A stretch of 62,318 nt of DNA, filler included, from Globobulimina sp. (GCA_003354225.1; 19 parts of 19 records of this genome joined end to end with filler, not necessarily neighbours in it), one strand, 5' to 3'. Positions 11,707 through 23,428 are shown, counted from the first letter of the whole stretch. Notes: generated by a model not told the origin, from the letters alone. Numbers and translations are program-made.

Positions 11707-13057
11707 ATGTTCCCGTTTCTGTAAACAAAGAAGAATAAATGTTTTGTCACTCACAATTTTCCCAAGCACATCAAAATCTTTATTTCCTGGACAAAAAACC
11801 AGGTTTACTAAAAATAAAAATAAAGGTAAAAAAAAAGGCGGGTTTTCTATGGGTGGCTTTAAAGCAAAAGCCGCTGCAGCAAAGGAGAAAGCTGCTGCGG
11901 CTGCTCTTGCAGCGAAAGAGAAAGCAGCTGAGAAAGCGGCTGCATATAAGGCACAGAAAGCAGCTAAGAATGCAAAACAAGCTGCTGATGAGCCTGAAGA
12001 ACCAGCGAATAACGAACCGATTAATGCGTATGAAGGGCAGAAGAAGCCAGATGATGATGTACGAAGGGACATTGATGATATTTTTACGCGGTCGACACAT
12101 GCAGATTTTTCGAGTATGGATGAGAAGCAGAGACGGAAAGAGTGTGCCCAGTATTGGAAGAAAATTAAGAAAGATAAGAATTGGGGGATTACTATGACGC
12201 AGTTTAAAAATAAACATGCGGCGTTTCTGAGTGATGCCGGACCGACGTATACTGCGCCTGAACAGAAGGACGATAGACCGGCCTATGTGGATGATGGCGT
12301 CAAGGTGAATCCCTTCAGTCTGATACCAGCGGATGAGAAGGAAGAGAAAGATGATGAAAAAGAGAAAATACCACCCAATTTATGGCCGTTGATTACTACT
12401 TCACAGGTATTTAAAAATGCAGCTTCACCATGAACCTCGGAATATATACAAACTAATATCATGCAAAACGATTACTGAATTAATAGAATAGGACGTGTTA
12501 GAAACACCTCGTTTTAAAAATTCGCGTCATTTTGGTTGGAGCCTAGGTTTCCGTTTTTGTGATGAAATAGCAACTAAAAAGTATATGAGATCTAACACGT
12601 CCCATTCTAAAGTATTTCTAGGTTCAACCTGATCATTGATTTCAAGCATTTTCAAACATGGCGTCAATGTCCATTTCCATGTACTTTACATAGGAGCAAT
12701 TATTGCGTGAGAATATCGGTGCTTACCGGCAACAATTAGGTGCGGAAGCGTTAGGCTCACGCTTCGACTTAGTGGCTCATAATGACTTCTGTCAAATACT
12801 CGTAGGAATGGGCTTAGTCAAAGGCGAGGACGAAGAGGAAGAGGAAGAGGACGATGACGATGCACCACTCGGTTGGACCAAACAGACTGACCCCGATGGA
12901 CGAACATTTTATCAAAACATCCGAACACTGGAAACGCAATTCACTCGTCCAGCAGATGAAGAGTATAAAATTAACCGCCGTCCCTTAGACGATGATGGCG
13001 ACGATTTAGTGCCCAATGTAGTGCATGACGGCACCATCGGTAAAGCCATCGGTTTCC
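11707..13057 (+). CDS. Multi-exon protein with Ala/Lys-rich segment and WW domain, 3'-truncated
   Basis: WW domain PLGWTKQTDPDGRTFYQNIRTLETQFTRP; in-frame introns 11721-11802 (tentative) and 12407-12693. Confidence 0.65.
12484..12609. mobile_element. MITE (family A) inside an intron
   Basis: Inverted ends TAGAATAGGACGTGTTAGA / TCTAACACGTCCCATTCTA (18/19 match) with terminal TA at both ends; no ORF. Confidence 0.7.
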
Positions 13058-13407
13058 NNNNNNNNNNNNNNNNNNNNNNNNNNNNNNNNNNNNNNNNNNN
13101 NTTAATTAATTAANNNNNNNNNNNNNNNNNNNNNNNNNNNNNNNNNNNNNNNNNNNNTGTGATATTAAAGCAAAAAGGTAATTTTAACCAACATTTAAAT
13201 TGATTTCCACTGCACCCAAAATAAAGCTATAGTTGGCGATCGATATCGTTTTACTGAAAAAATAACTTTGTTGGCTTGTGGTTTCTTTTGATAGTTAGAG
13301 TGGTTTTCAACTTAAGTAAAAAACGTTGAAACCGAAATTTTTCCGTTCCTAGTCCTTTTTAGTCCGTCTCAACAGCAACGATGAATAATAGTATGTAAAT
13401 TTACTTT

Positions 13408-13633
13408 AACGATATATTCCAAAAGATAACCCCCCCACCCCTGGTCGATAAGTTGTATACATTTTTTCAATTATCTGAGAAACGCTTTGCAAATCCAGAA
13501 ACTGTTTTCTATAGGTTTGTCTTGGGTTTGCAAATCCAGAAGAAAGTCAGAACAAATTTATAATTGAACCAAATGTCCAAACAGAGAGGGGGGGTTATCC
13601 AAACAGGGGGGTTATCTTTTGGAACATATCGTT
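13408..13633. mobile_element. MITE (family B)
   Basis: TIRs AACGATATATTCCAAAAGATAACCCCC / GGGGGTTATCTTTTGGAACATATCGTT (1 mismatch); the same terminus recurs at 59137-59171 and partially at 27240-27262. Confidence 0.75.
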
Positions 13634-13789
13634 TACATGAAGTGATCTGAAAATAGCCCGAGAGTTTCGAGAAATTAAGAATTTTACCCAACTGTTACTG
13701 GTGTTTTATTATTACGTAAAAAATTAATTAAAAATATTATTATATAAGAAAGCAAATATGTTGTTATAATTATTTGTATCTGACATGTA

Positions 13790-14755
13790 TTAAAATGTTA
13801 TCCCCATTTGTGCGATACTCATTCCATTTCTATTTCGTTTCTCTGGATGTCTTACTTTAACATGTTCCAACACATTATCCATTCCGGCCATACAACTTAC
13901 CCATGAATCTGCATCTCGCGCATCTTTTTTGTCTTCATTTTTTGTTATACCATCAACATTCACACATGTATTAACACCTTTTTTTTCTTCGTCAACAAAG
14001 TCCCCCCACCACGTATCACAGCCAGTTCCTTCTCCATGTACAGGTTTGCTGCAATCTTCATTTAATAAACCCAAAAAATCATCGTTTGTATACTCCACTT
14101 CAGGCACTGCGGGTTGTACACTATCAATAAATGATTCAAATGACAGACTCTTCGTTGTCTTCACTGTTTCTTTATCATCCAACGATTGTTGCTGCTGTGT
14201 TTCTGGTGCTTTGATTGATGTTTTTCGTTGTCGTTGTGCTCGATTATCACATTCCGATGTTTCTGAGCCACTTTCTGAGCTCACTTCAGATTCTTCAGAT
14301 ATTTCAGATGTCTCTCTTTTATTTGAATGTTCAATAGGTTCAGAATCAGGAAATAATAAATCAGAAATATGTTGTGCTCTTTTTCGAATTTTGTCTCCAT
14401 AATCAACGGGTGCACCATTCATAACCTTTGTATATCTGTAACATGTCAATTGTGAGATTGACCCTTTGTGTGTCTGACAATATCGCACAAATCTTGAGCC
14501 CGCGTTTTTTATTAAATATTCAATACAAATCAATGCCTTTTCTACATGTCGAATATAATCGTAATGGCTTAATCGTTTAAATAACATTTCAACAATGCTC
14601 TGAAATTGATAGCCATCACGTAACATAATTGACAACTGTATTAACAATGGTATGGATGGTGGTGTCTGCTCATTTGAGGTTAATTCACGCACTAATATTT
14701 CACCCTCGTCATACTTTTTTATCTGATTCTTCATGGATCGGATCGCGGATTTCAT
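13790..14755 (-). CDS. ENTH-domain (epsin-like) protein
   Basis: VRELTSNE..PP, MLFKRL, RHVEKAL..IEYLIKN, DYGDKIRKRA..I.DLL followed by an acidic disordered tail. Confidence 0.85.
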   Translation of the reverse strand: MKSAIRSMKNQIKKYDEGEILVRELTSNEQTPPSIPLLIQLSIMLRDGYQFQSIVEMLFKRLSHYDYIRHVEKALICIEYLIKNAGSRFVRYCQTHKGSISQLTCYRYTKVMNGAPVDYGDKIRKRAQHISDLLFPDSEPIEHSNKRETSEISEESEVSSESGSETSECDNRAQRQRKTSIKAPETQQQQSLDDKETVKTTKSLSFESFIDSVQPAVPEVEYTNDDFLGLLNEDCSKPVHGEGTGCDTWWGDFVDEEKKGVNTCVNVDGITKNEDKKDARDADSWVSCMAGMDNVLEHVKVRHPEKRNRNGMSIAQMGITF

Positions 14756-15248
14756 TCTAAAACGGTGTTGGTGACCTTTAATATGAGTTTGCCGAGTTTG
14801 CAGGATCTCAATCTCAAATTAACACTTCTAAGAATAGAATGCAGATAAATAAAATTAGAATATATATATAAATATATTTAGCTTCATAATTGTATTTCAT
14901 TTCTATAATTTATATATTTATAATCGACTCCTTCGTATTACAGCACGGCTGATGTCGGAGAGTTACGTTGATGTAATGTTTTTGAAACGTTTGTATGCTG
15001 CATACTGCATAGAATACGTATATGTTTTTGAAACGTTTGTACTCATACTCAAACATTTAGAAATTACATAACTTTTAATTTAATTTAACAGTCACCACAA
15101 AATCAAAAAGAAAACAAGAACAAAGTTACTCATTAATAATCATTAATAAACAAACAAACCAGAAACAACATTAAAATAAATGAAATAAATAAAAAAAAAT
15201 AGTCATTGAGTCAATGTTTATGCTATATTCATAAATCAAACTTATCTA

Positions 15249-16344
15249 TCAATCAATATCTAGCTTATCATTTATATTCTCACTCTTATCATTTTTCTCC
15301 ACATGAATTTCCACAAAATCTCCAATATTCGATCTTCTCCGTTTCGACGCACTGTATGGCATATTATTATTATTCATATCCTCGTCCATTGCATTCGTAT
15401 CATTCCTATCGTCCATATCGTTCATATCCGTAAATGTTCTTTTCTTATTACTCACATTATGTGTTTGTATGGGTGTGATTGCGTTTGCTTTCGTGTTACT
15501 ATTACTATTCGCCGGCGGTGAGGCAGACTGTGTCAATGAAGCAATGCTATTATGCCGCTTCAAAGGAGCTGAGATGTGGGTCAATGTCTTATCCATTAAT
15601 AGCTTATTGAAGGAATTAAAGGATAAGTCATCATCTTGATTTTTCTCCTCTTCCTCCATCTCATCAACCTCAGACAATGGGGGCGTGGACTTATTTGTAT
15701 TTGGACTGTTACTCGCTATAATCTCGGTGCTCCCATTCGTTTCGTGCTTCATTTGCCTTATCGGTGTGCCCTCAATGGCGCGATTATCGATCTCTTTTAT
15801 GACTTGCTCAATCTCAGTGATAATCGATTTCGCGTTCTTGCCATATTGCAATTGTTGTTGGGTTAGTCCGCGAGCGCCAAATTTCCTTAAAAACTGTGTG
15901 CTCAAAATGCAAACATGCAAAGATGTGCAAAGTAAACCTTACTCAAAAAAACTTCAGCAAAGCTTACACAATGTCTACTTAAAAGTTCTCAGAAAATTGA
16001 TGCTACTTTTTTCTCATAAAAATCTCAGAAATAAAAATAAAATAAAAACAACACCTTTAGATCTTCCCTATACGCCGCACGTCGCAATTTCGGTGTATCC
16101 GAATGTCCAAAATCTTTGGCATTCCGTAAATAGGCGTCGACATATTTCCTATCGTTCCTTGTCATGTATAACGGTCCCGGTAAGAACGTTTTTTGTCTGC
16201 CATTAGTTCCATAATCATTTGCATTCTTAAAATTAATGATAATCGCCGTCATATTATCCCTTGAGCCGCCTTCTAATATCTCATCAAACAAATAACCCAA
16301 ACCATACACTGGATCTTCGTACTTGTTCAAGTGTTGAAACAACA
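15249..16344 (-). CDS. PP2C/PPM phosphatase, C-terminal part (5'-truncated)
   Basis: Terminal PP2C motif GSRDNMTAIIINF; phase-0 intron 15894-16054 joins two track ORFs. Confidence 0.75.
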
Positions 16345-16598
16345 NNNNNNNNNNNNNNNNNNNNNNNNNNNNNNNNNNNNNNNNNNNNTTAATTAATTAA
16401 NNNNNNNNNNNNNNNNNNNNNNNNNNNNNNNNNNNNNNNNNNNNTTAATATAACAAAAAAAACTTTTACCCATTTACTTGATGTCTGACACCATGTCGCT
16501 AAGCTGTAAAATTGATTGATTGAATTGTGAATTTTATGATGATTTGCATAATTTCAAAGTGTGGCCAGTATTATGAGTTGCAAATATTACTTAGCAAA

Positions 16599-17657
16599 AT
16601 GTCACTCGATTCATCCGAATACTTGCAAGGATATGGAAACCGAGAAACAAATTATACAACGCCGAGTTTTAAGAAATCGCGAGAAAAGAAACACAAAAAA
16701 TTGACAAACGAAGTGCGGAAATTGTCGCGCTCGGTTCATTCGCATAAGCCGTTAGACAATGACTGGAAAGGCATGTGTTCAAATTTAAAACGGTTGGCAG
16801 AGATTGCATTCGTCGAAACGCATAAAAGAAACAATGAATGCAACCAAAAAGAAACGACATTGTGGGATAATAACAATAGCACCCAATCAATCAACGAATC
16901 TGTGGTTCGCTTGATTTTGGAAGAAGGCAAAATAAATTTGCTGCTCAGATTGCTCACTAATTTCAAGTCGATGGAATTCGAGGACGATTTCAAAGTGTCG
17001 ATGGAATCTGAATGCAACAGAAATAAAATGAGAATGTCGTCGTTGATGCAGTTATGTACAATTTACGAACAATCATTAGGGATATTATTATTTTTTTGCA
17101 TTCAACGAATTGAATCCCTACAAATTTTAGATTGCGAACATTTGATACAATATATTTCAAATATATTGAGTTGCAGCGTGAAAAAGCGTGCTTTCAAACG
17201 CAGTGATTCTGAAAGAATGAACCCGTTTTTTCTACATTTGTTTAGCAACGACAAAAGACAGGAAATCTTAGTCATTTATTACTTATATTTATTGAGCACG
17301 TATTTCAAGAAAATCAACTATGACGAAAAATTAATGAATTTGATGGAGAAATATGACATCATTCAGAAGTCTATCCGATATATGATGAAATATCATAACA
17401 TATTCTCACTGGATGTCATTCAAAAATACGTATTATTTCTGAGCAATTGTTTCCAAACAGAATCATTTTCAGCGGAACCTGAATTGTATATACATATAAC
17501 TGATAATGAGGAGGAGAACAATAATAACACAACACCAAAATTATTATGTCAATTCTATAATGAATACGTAAATAGATTTGTTCAAAAGGAAAAAGTGTTA
17601 ACAATGAAGCAAGTCCGGAGTTATATGAGACAGTATCAAAAATTCAAAAGATTGTGA
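16599..17657 (+). CDS. Hypothetical helical protein
   Basis: Long ORF with likely ATG at 16599; amphipathic helical pattern; no family recognised. Confidence 0.6.
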   Translation: MSLDSSEYLQGYGNRETNYTTPSFKKSREKKHKKLTNEVRKLSRSVHSHKPLDNDWKGMCSNLKRLAEIAFVETHKRNNECNQKETTLWDNNNSTQSINESVVRLILEEGKINLLLRLLTNFKSMEFEDDFKVSMESECNRNKMRMSSLMQLCTIYEQSLGILLFFCIQRIESLQILDCEHLIQYISNILSCSVKKRAFKRSDSERMNPFFLHLFSNDKRQEILVIYYLYLLSTYFKKINYDEKLMNLMEKYDIIQKSIRYMMKYHNIFSLDVIQKYVLFLSNCFQTESFSAEPELYIHITDNEEENNNNTTPKLLCQFYNEYVNRFVQKEKVLTMKQVRSYMRQYQKFKRL

Positions 17658-17870
17658 ATGTGTCATTCTTGAAACACAGCTTGCAACTATGCATATGCAG
17701 TTTATTTCATTCTGCTTGAAAGGTTTCACAGACATTGCTCGGAGTTTTAGATTATGCCGTTTTTAATATTAGTCTTCCGTTATTTTTTTTCGTCTAAGTA
17801 TTTGTATTTTTTTCAACAACTAGTGAATAGTGAATTTCGTACAACCATTCCAACCTAACAACCGTTACAA

Positions 17871-19631
17871 ATGAGGTGCACAGTGTTAATAGGTATGTTT
17901 TATGGATTTATTTCCATTCCAATCAATATACTACATTGAGTATAATAATAGTTGTGTTATTAATGATATCTTACAGTTGAGTTTCTATAAAAGGGAAAGC
18001 AATCTTTATTTCTCATAATACCATATATATATATTATAGCTGCTTCATCAGCCAACAGACAGAAACATACTGAAAAATGGGACAATCGCGCAATAAATAA
18101 TAACATACAAAAAAGTAACGACAGAAATCCAAATAAAAAAAGAAAACACAACAATCCATGGTTTCAATCAAATAAATGGCGAAGTTTGCAACATATAAAT
18201 ATTTATCTGAATTATACATACATATATAATGTATATACCGGTAATTATATAACTAATATTCTACATAGTGTCCAACGGTGCGCCAGGTAGTTTTATCAAT
18301 GTTAACGCAGATCATCTATCAAGAAATTGGAATGGTGTAAAATTCCGTAACTCTGACAGCGATTCATCGGATTCGGACAGCGATTCGATGAGTCACTCGA
18401 GCAGTGGTTCAAAAAGCAGTGAATCAAAAAGCAGTGAATCAAGCTCAGAAAATAAATGTTAAATTTATACGTATATTTTGTACCAAATTTTATCTACAAA
18501 CCAATATTTACCGCAGCTATACAACCAACACCTGAACCAACACCCGAACCAACACCAAATCCAATTAAACAGTCACCGAGTTTCATTATATATTTTTCTA
18601 TTTGATATGTTCGCATTTATCAGCATATATAAACAATTTAAATAGGTCTCCAACCAACACCTGAACCAACATTAAAACCTACAAAATCGCCAACTCCACA
18701 ACTTACAAAATGGCCAAGTTTGTATAAATAATCTACGCGCTCTTTTATTACGCACAAAAACCGTTTTTACGCAGCTTCTGATCCGACAGAATGGCGCATT
18801 TTAGGACCCACAGCCTGGCCTACTCCGGAACCTACAAACTGGCCAAGTTTCGACACCGTTTCTTGATTTTATTCGGTTTATATAATATTTAATACGTACA
18901 CATAGCTCCTGAACCAACACAATGGCCTTCAGCTGAACCCACTGCGTCACCAATACAAAACGGATGTGATTTCCAAGCAGATATAAAATATGATTTTATT
19001 GTCTTATATGACAATTCATGCGGTTTAGCACAAACTGATTGTAATGAATTATTAGAAGGTGTTGGTGAAATTATCTCCTTAGTATTAAATTATCCATCTA
19101 CGAGGGTACAAACCATGCAGTTTTTCAGCGACGGAGAGCCGGAAATAATTATATATTTCGAGGATGAATTACTACAAAAACGCCCATTAGAATACGTACA
19201 GACTGTGCGGCAAAATGGTGACTGTACACAAGGGGGTAACAGTACTACCGATTTATTGACAGCGTTATCGTACGCAATTGCCGAGTTTGATGCAGATGGT
19301 AATAGAGAGCATAAAATTATCGTCGTTTCATCTTGTTTTGATGAAAATGTTTGTGATGATGATTATGAACCATCTGTTTATGACACAAACATTGACATTT
19401 ATCCCGTAAATTTGATCAAATCATCACACGCAGACAATGTCATCACGCATGAATTTGCATCCTCATATTTGTTATGGTGCAGTGAGTTTGAAGTGGATGG
19501 AGTTTGCATTGGTGATGATCAGAATGGAGTTACTATTTATGAATTTGATAAAATTATTAGTTGTTTACAATCACAAGTTTGTCCAACAGAGCCTACAAAA
19601 TGGCCAAGTTTTGTAGTTTTTTTTTAATTAT
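17871..19631 (+). CDS. Secreted Pro/Thr mucin-like protein with vWA-like domain, at least 8 exons, 3'-truncated
   Basis: Exons 17871-17892, 17952-17975, 18040-18183, 18269-18457, 18517-18579, 18646-18717, 18775-18846, 18906-19607 splice in frame; signal peptide MRCTVLIVVLLMISYTASSA; PTPEPT/PTxWP repeats; vWA-like DFIVLYDNSCG, T..AL..A, KIIVVS. Confidence 0.75.
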
Positions 19632-19731
19632 NNNNNNNNNNNNNNNNNNNNNNNNNNNNNNNNNNNNNNNNNNNNTTAATTAATTAANNNNNNNNNNNNN
19701 NNNNNNNNNNNNNNNNNNNNNNNNNNNNNNN

Positions 19732-22700
19732 ATATTTGAACGGAATTATATTAAAAGGTCAACTCGATTTTGACCACAAAAATGCAAAATATGATGAAAA
19801 TCTTGTAAACAGATTGATGCAAAAAGGGTATAACAGACGACAAATCATTCACGCATCAACAGTGGCAATTGATTATAAAGATGAAGCACTTTTGTATCAA
19901 CACTTACAAGCAATGGACAAATGTACCAAGGTTTACAACTTTTTGAGTCGTTTGAAAGATGAACAAAATGCATCAAAAGATATGAAATGGAACTGTGATG
20001 TGTGTACATTTGAAAATTCTGTGCAAGTCAACTGTACCAATCAGCTCAAATTTGAGTTGGATGAAAAACACAAACCAACAAAAAAATGGCAAAGGTACGT
20101 AATTTGTGTGTTTAAGCTATTGAAATTTAAATGGTTGCTGAAAATAACCATATACTTCGATCGTAGATGATACCAAGGAAACTGATACTGATTGGAATTG
20201 CTCAAAATGCACCTTCCTAAATCATCAAAATCGATTGAAATGTTCAATATGTGCGACAAATAAAGATATTGAGCAGAAATCTCAGCAATCACTCTCTAAC
20301 AATTTTGGTAGCAGTTATGTGATTGTATGTTTGTATGTTATTTTATTTTATTTGTCACACAACAATCTATAAACAAACAGCTTGGCAATGTCCTATATCA
20401 CAAACTCATGCGCCACACTGTGAAATCAGCAAATGTCCATCTTTAAAAAATATAAGCTGTATATTGAAACAATATGGATCTATAAATAAAATAAAAAAGT
20501 TTGATTTTTTGGCCAAATATCCCAATGTTATAATTACAAAATTCGAAGTTAAATTGTTGAAAAAAATATTTAATAATATTTTGAAGCATCCATATGAGCC
20601 GAAATACAAAGACTTAAAGTTTGTTAAACTCACAAAAAAATTTGCAAATGCCGAAATGTGTACAAATTTATTGTATGACGCTGGATTTAATAAATCAACG
20701 GATAATAAACGATTATTATTTGATGATAAAAAGATAAATCAACTGAAACAAATAAATGAAATATTAATGTTACACAATAATATTAATATTTCGTTGGATG
20801 CGATCTTTATGGATTACACTGAAGTGGATATGTTGAACGATTATCATCATTTATTGTTTGTTCATAAAGGAGATACTGAAGTAATTACACATTATCTAAA
20901 CCAAGTATGTAGTGTCACAAATTGTGATATGGTACGAAGAAACATTGGCGATGCATCAAGCGATGCAGTGATATGTGTATAATTGCAGTGATATCAAAGA
21001 TAAAATGAGGATGCAGAATATGGATACCATCCATTCACATTTATGTCATGACATATCAGATATTGGATGCAGATATTCTCAAAAAGAAATCCATCAATCA
21101 ACAGCTGCAGATATTGCAAATACTAATTATAATAAATATATGTCGCACAATATATATAGCTTTGGATATAGATATTTTTATTGGAAGTTCTACAAAGGAA
21201 ACACTGATTTATGGGACACAGGAACCTTTCGATGGAGAGATGATTTTCTGAGAGAACCAGCGAATGAGAATCCAAGTGGAACCGCGTATTGTTTGTTCCA
21301 TTGGTTTATTAATGCAAAATTTTCCAGTTTTAAAGAGGAATTAACGCAAAATCATATATTTAGTATTGGCTTAAATTCATTTAATTGTGAACGACAAACA
21401 GCAAAAGTTACAATGCAAACAGACACAGCAAAAGCAATGATTTGTTTAACTGATACTCGAGAACATGATTATAAAATATTTGAAGGGACTCCTGTTGGTA
21501 TTGAGCACATATTGGCAATGAAGCTATATTGTAATTACACAGAATTACAAGACAAATTCACAGAAACCTATCGTAAAATTAACCAATACGAAGATGATAA
21601 ATCATTGAGAGATCGGCATAGTAATTATGCAAATTGGGGACGTTTGTTGCGAGAATTAGTAGATTGTTGGGGTTGGAGCTCAGATATCGATGATGTAGCA
21701 ACCAATTTATATCATGGGTTAAATAGAGAATTTCAATTATTATCAATTCATGCTTTTATAAAAGGGCCATTGAGCACTACGAGTAGCTTAGCTGTGGCAG
21801 CCTCATTTTGCAATAACAGAGGTATGATTATCACATTGGTACCAGATCTAACTATGTGTATTCCGCGCAGCAATTCGGCATGGACAAAAATGAATTGTCA
21901 GTGGTTGAGTAGGTATCCATATGAGGAGGAAGTATTTTTTATTGGTGGTTATGGCGGTTTTGATATTCGCGGGATTTTGATAAATGGCACTGATTACAAA
22001 GCATATTGTCATTCAATTTGTGTAATGAATTATGCATTAATGGGAAATATGCTATCATGGTTTGCAATTTATTCTTTTATTAATAAAGATAAAATTAATT
22101 CTGGTCTCCGTTATGATCAGCAAAATAAAATGATTGTTAGATTGCTATTACATGAAATGTACAGATATTATCCAAATAATCCAAAATTTATATTGTTTGT
22201 CGAGTCCTTATTGCAGTTCGGCACACCCAAACAATGCAAAGATATTCCAAGTTATATTTCTGAATTATTTCATAAACATTGTCAGAATATGAGAGCAATG
22301 AAATTATTGTCGACATTAAATGTTCATGGACACTCTGCAGTGCGTACCATTTTAAAATATTTTATTTCTGAAAATGGATTGGTAAAATTGAAAGAATTGA
22401 CAAGAATATTTCCCAGATTAAATAGAATATATATGAATTTGGAATGTAATATTATTGCTTCAATTGATTGCATTTGTGAATGGATGTTGCAATTTGTAAA
22501 ATCACATAAATGGTTGTTGAGACGCGTTGAAATTGAGTTTAACCATTCGGCAGAGCTTTTTGCTTTGGCTCAAATAGCTAAAAACAAATATATTGCGGAA
22601 TTTTTTGGTGAAAACTGGTTTATTTTTGTGACTACAAAGAAAGGACTGATGATATTAAAATTTTGCTCATATTCTGACGATTGGATTAGACAAAGCATGA

Positions 22701-22783
22701 CGAAACGTGCGTTGAAAGGATTGGTAAATAAAGATGAAACTGGTCTTTTCAATGTTGGTGATAAGGGTTGTTGTGTGATGTGA
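19732..22783 (+). CDS. UBA-like + NZF + Cys/His domain (with PUB insert) + ADP-ribosyltransferase-like domain + CaaX; two apparent frameshifts (possible pseudogene)
   Basis: Introns 20095-20166 and 20308-20380; NZF exon WNCSKCTFLNHQNRLKCSIC; PUB LLKKIFNNILKHPYEPKYK..LLYDAGF; LYHG...PLSTTSS...SRYPYEEEVFF; C-terminal GCCVM. Confidence 0.7.
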
Positions 22784-23428
22784 TGTGAATTGTGCAAATA
22801 ATTCGAGGGGAGCTATGCAGCCCCCATTCTGAACCCCCGCGAGATGTCCGAATTTCTTGAATAAACCATCATCGATAATAACAAGTCAAAGTACAGAAAA
22901 AAACCTTTTGAGCTTCAGNNNNNNNNNNNNNNNNNNNNNNNNNNNNNNNNNNNNNNNNNNNNTTAATTAATTAANNNNNNNNNNNNNNNNNNNNNNNNNN
23001 NNNNNNNNNNNNNNNNNNATTCAATGTATTAAAAATAAAAAAATTAAAATTAAATGTTCTTTTTGTCGAATTTAAATTGTTGAATTTTAAATAACCACTT
23101 GTTGTATTTTGCGAATTTATTAAAAGTTTACGTTTTCTTCGATTCTGATGTTTTAAATACCATTTTTTCTGTGTTCAGTTACCTTTTGCATCATGTCAGC
23201 TGCAGAAGATTTATGAAAACCAACGACATCATGGAAATGGACAATGCAATGTTTGAAGCATGCAATTTGTTCTTACATTGCTATGAAAATTAAACTTTTG
23301 TATTTGCTGTAGAATCAACTCTAGCTTTTTCTATTTCTGTTCAGCCACCTTTCACCATTATTATTTGCACATTCGGCAAGAAATTAGAAATACGTAAATC
23401 CATTGATTTGCAACCACAGTATGGACAA

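Noticed and set aside
14976-15041. Two 20-bp direct repeats (ATGTTTTTGAAACGTTTGTA) as a mini-CRISPR
   Set aside because: There are only two copies, in a eukaryotic context with no cas genes; this is a simple local duplication.
22803-22853. GC-rich hairpin-like stretch after the ART-like gene
   Set aside because: It may be a dispersed repeat remnant, but there is one copy in the window and no recognisable RNA family.
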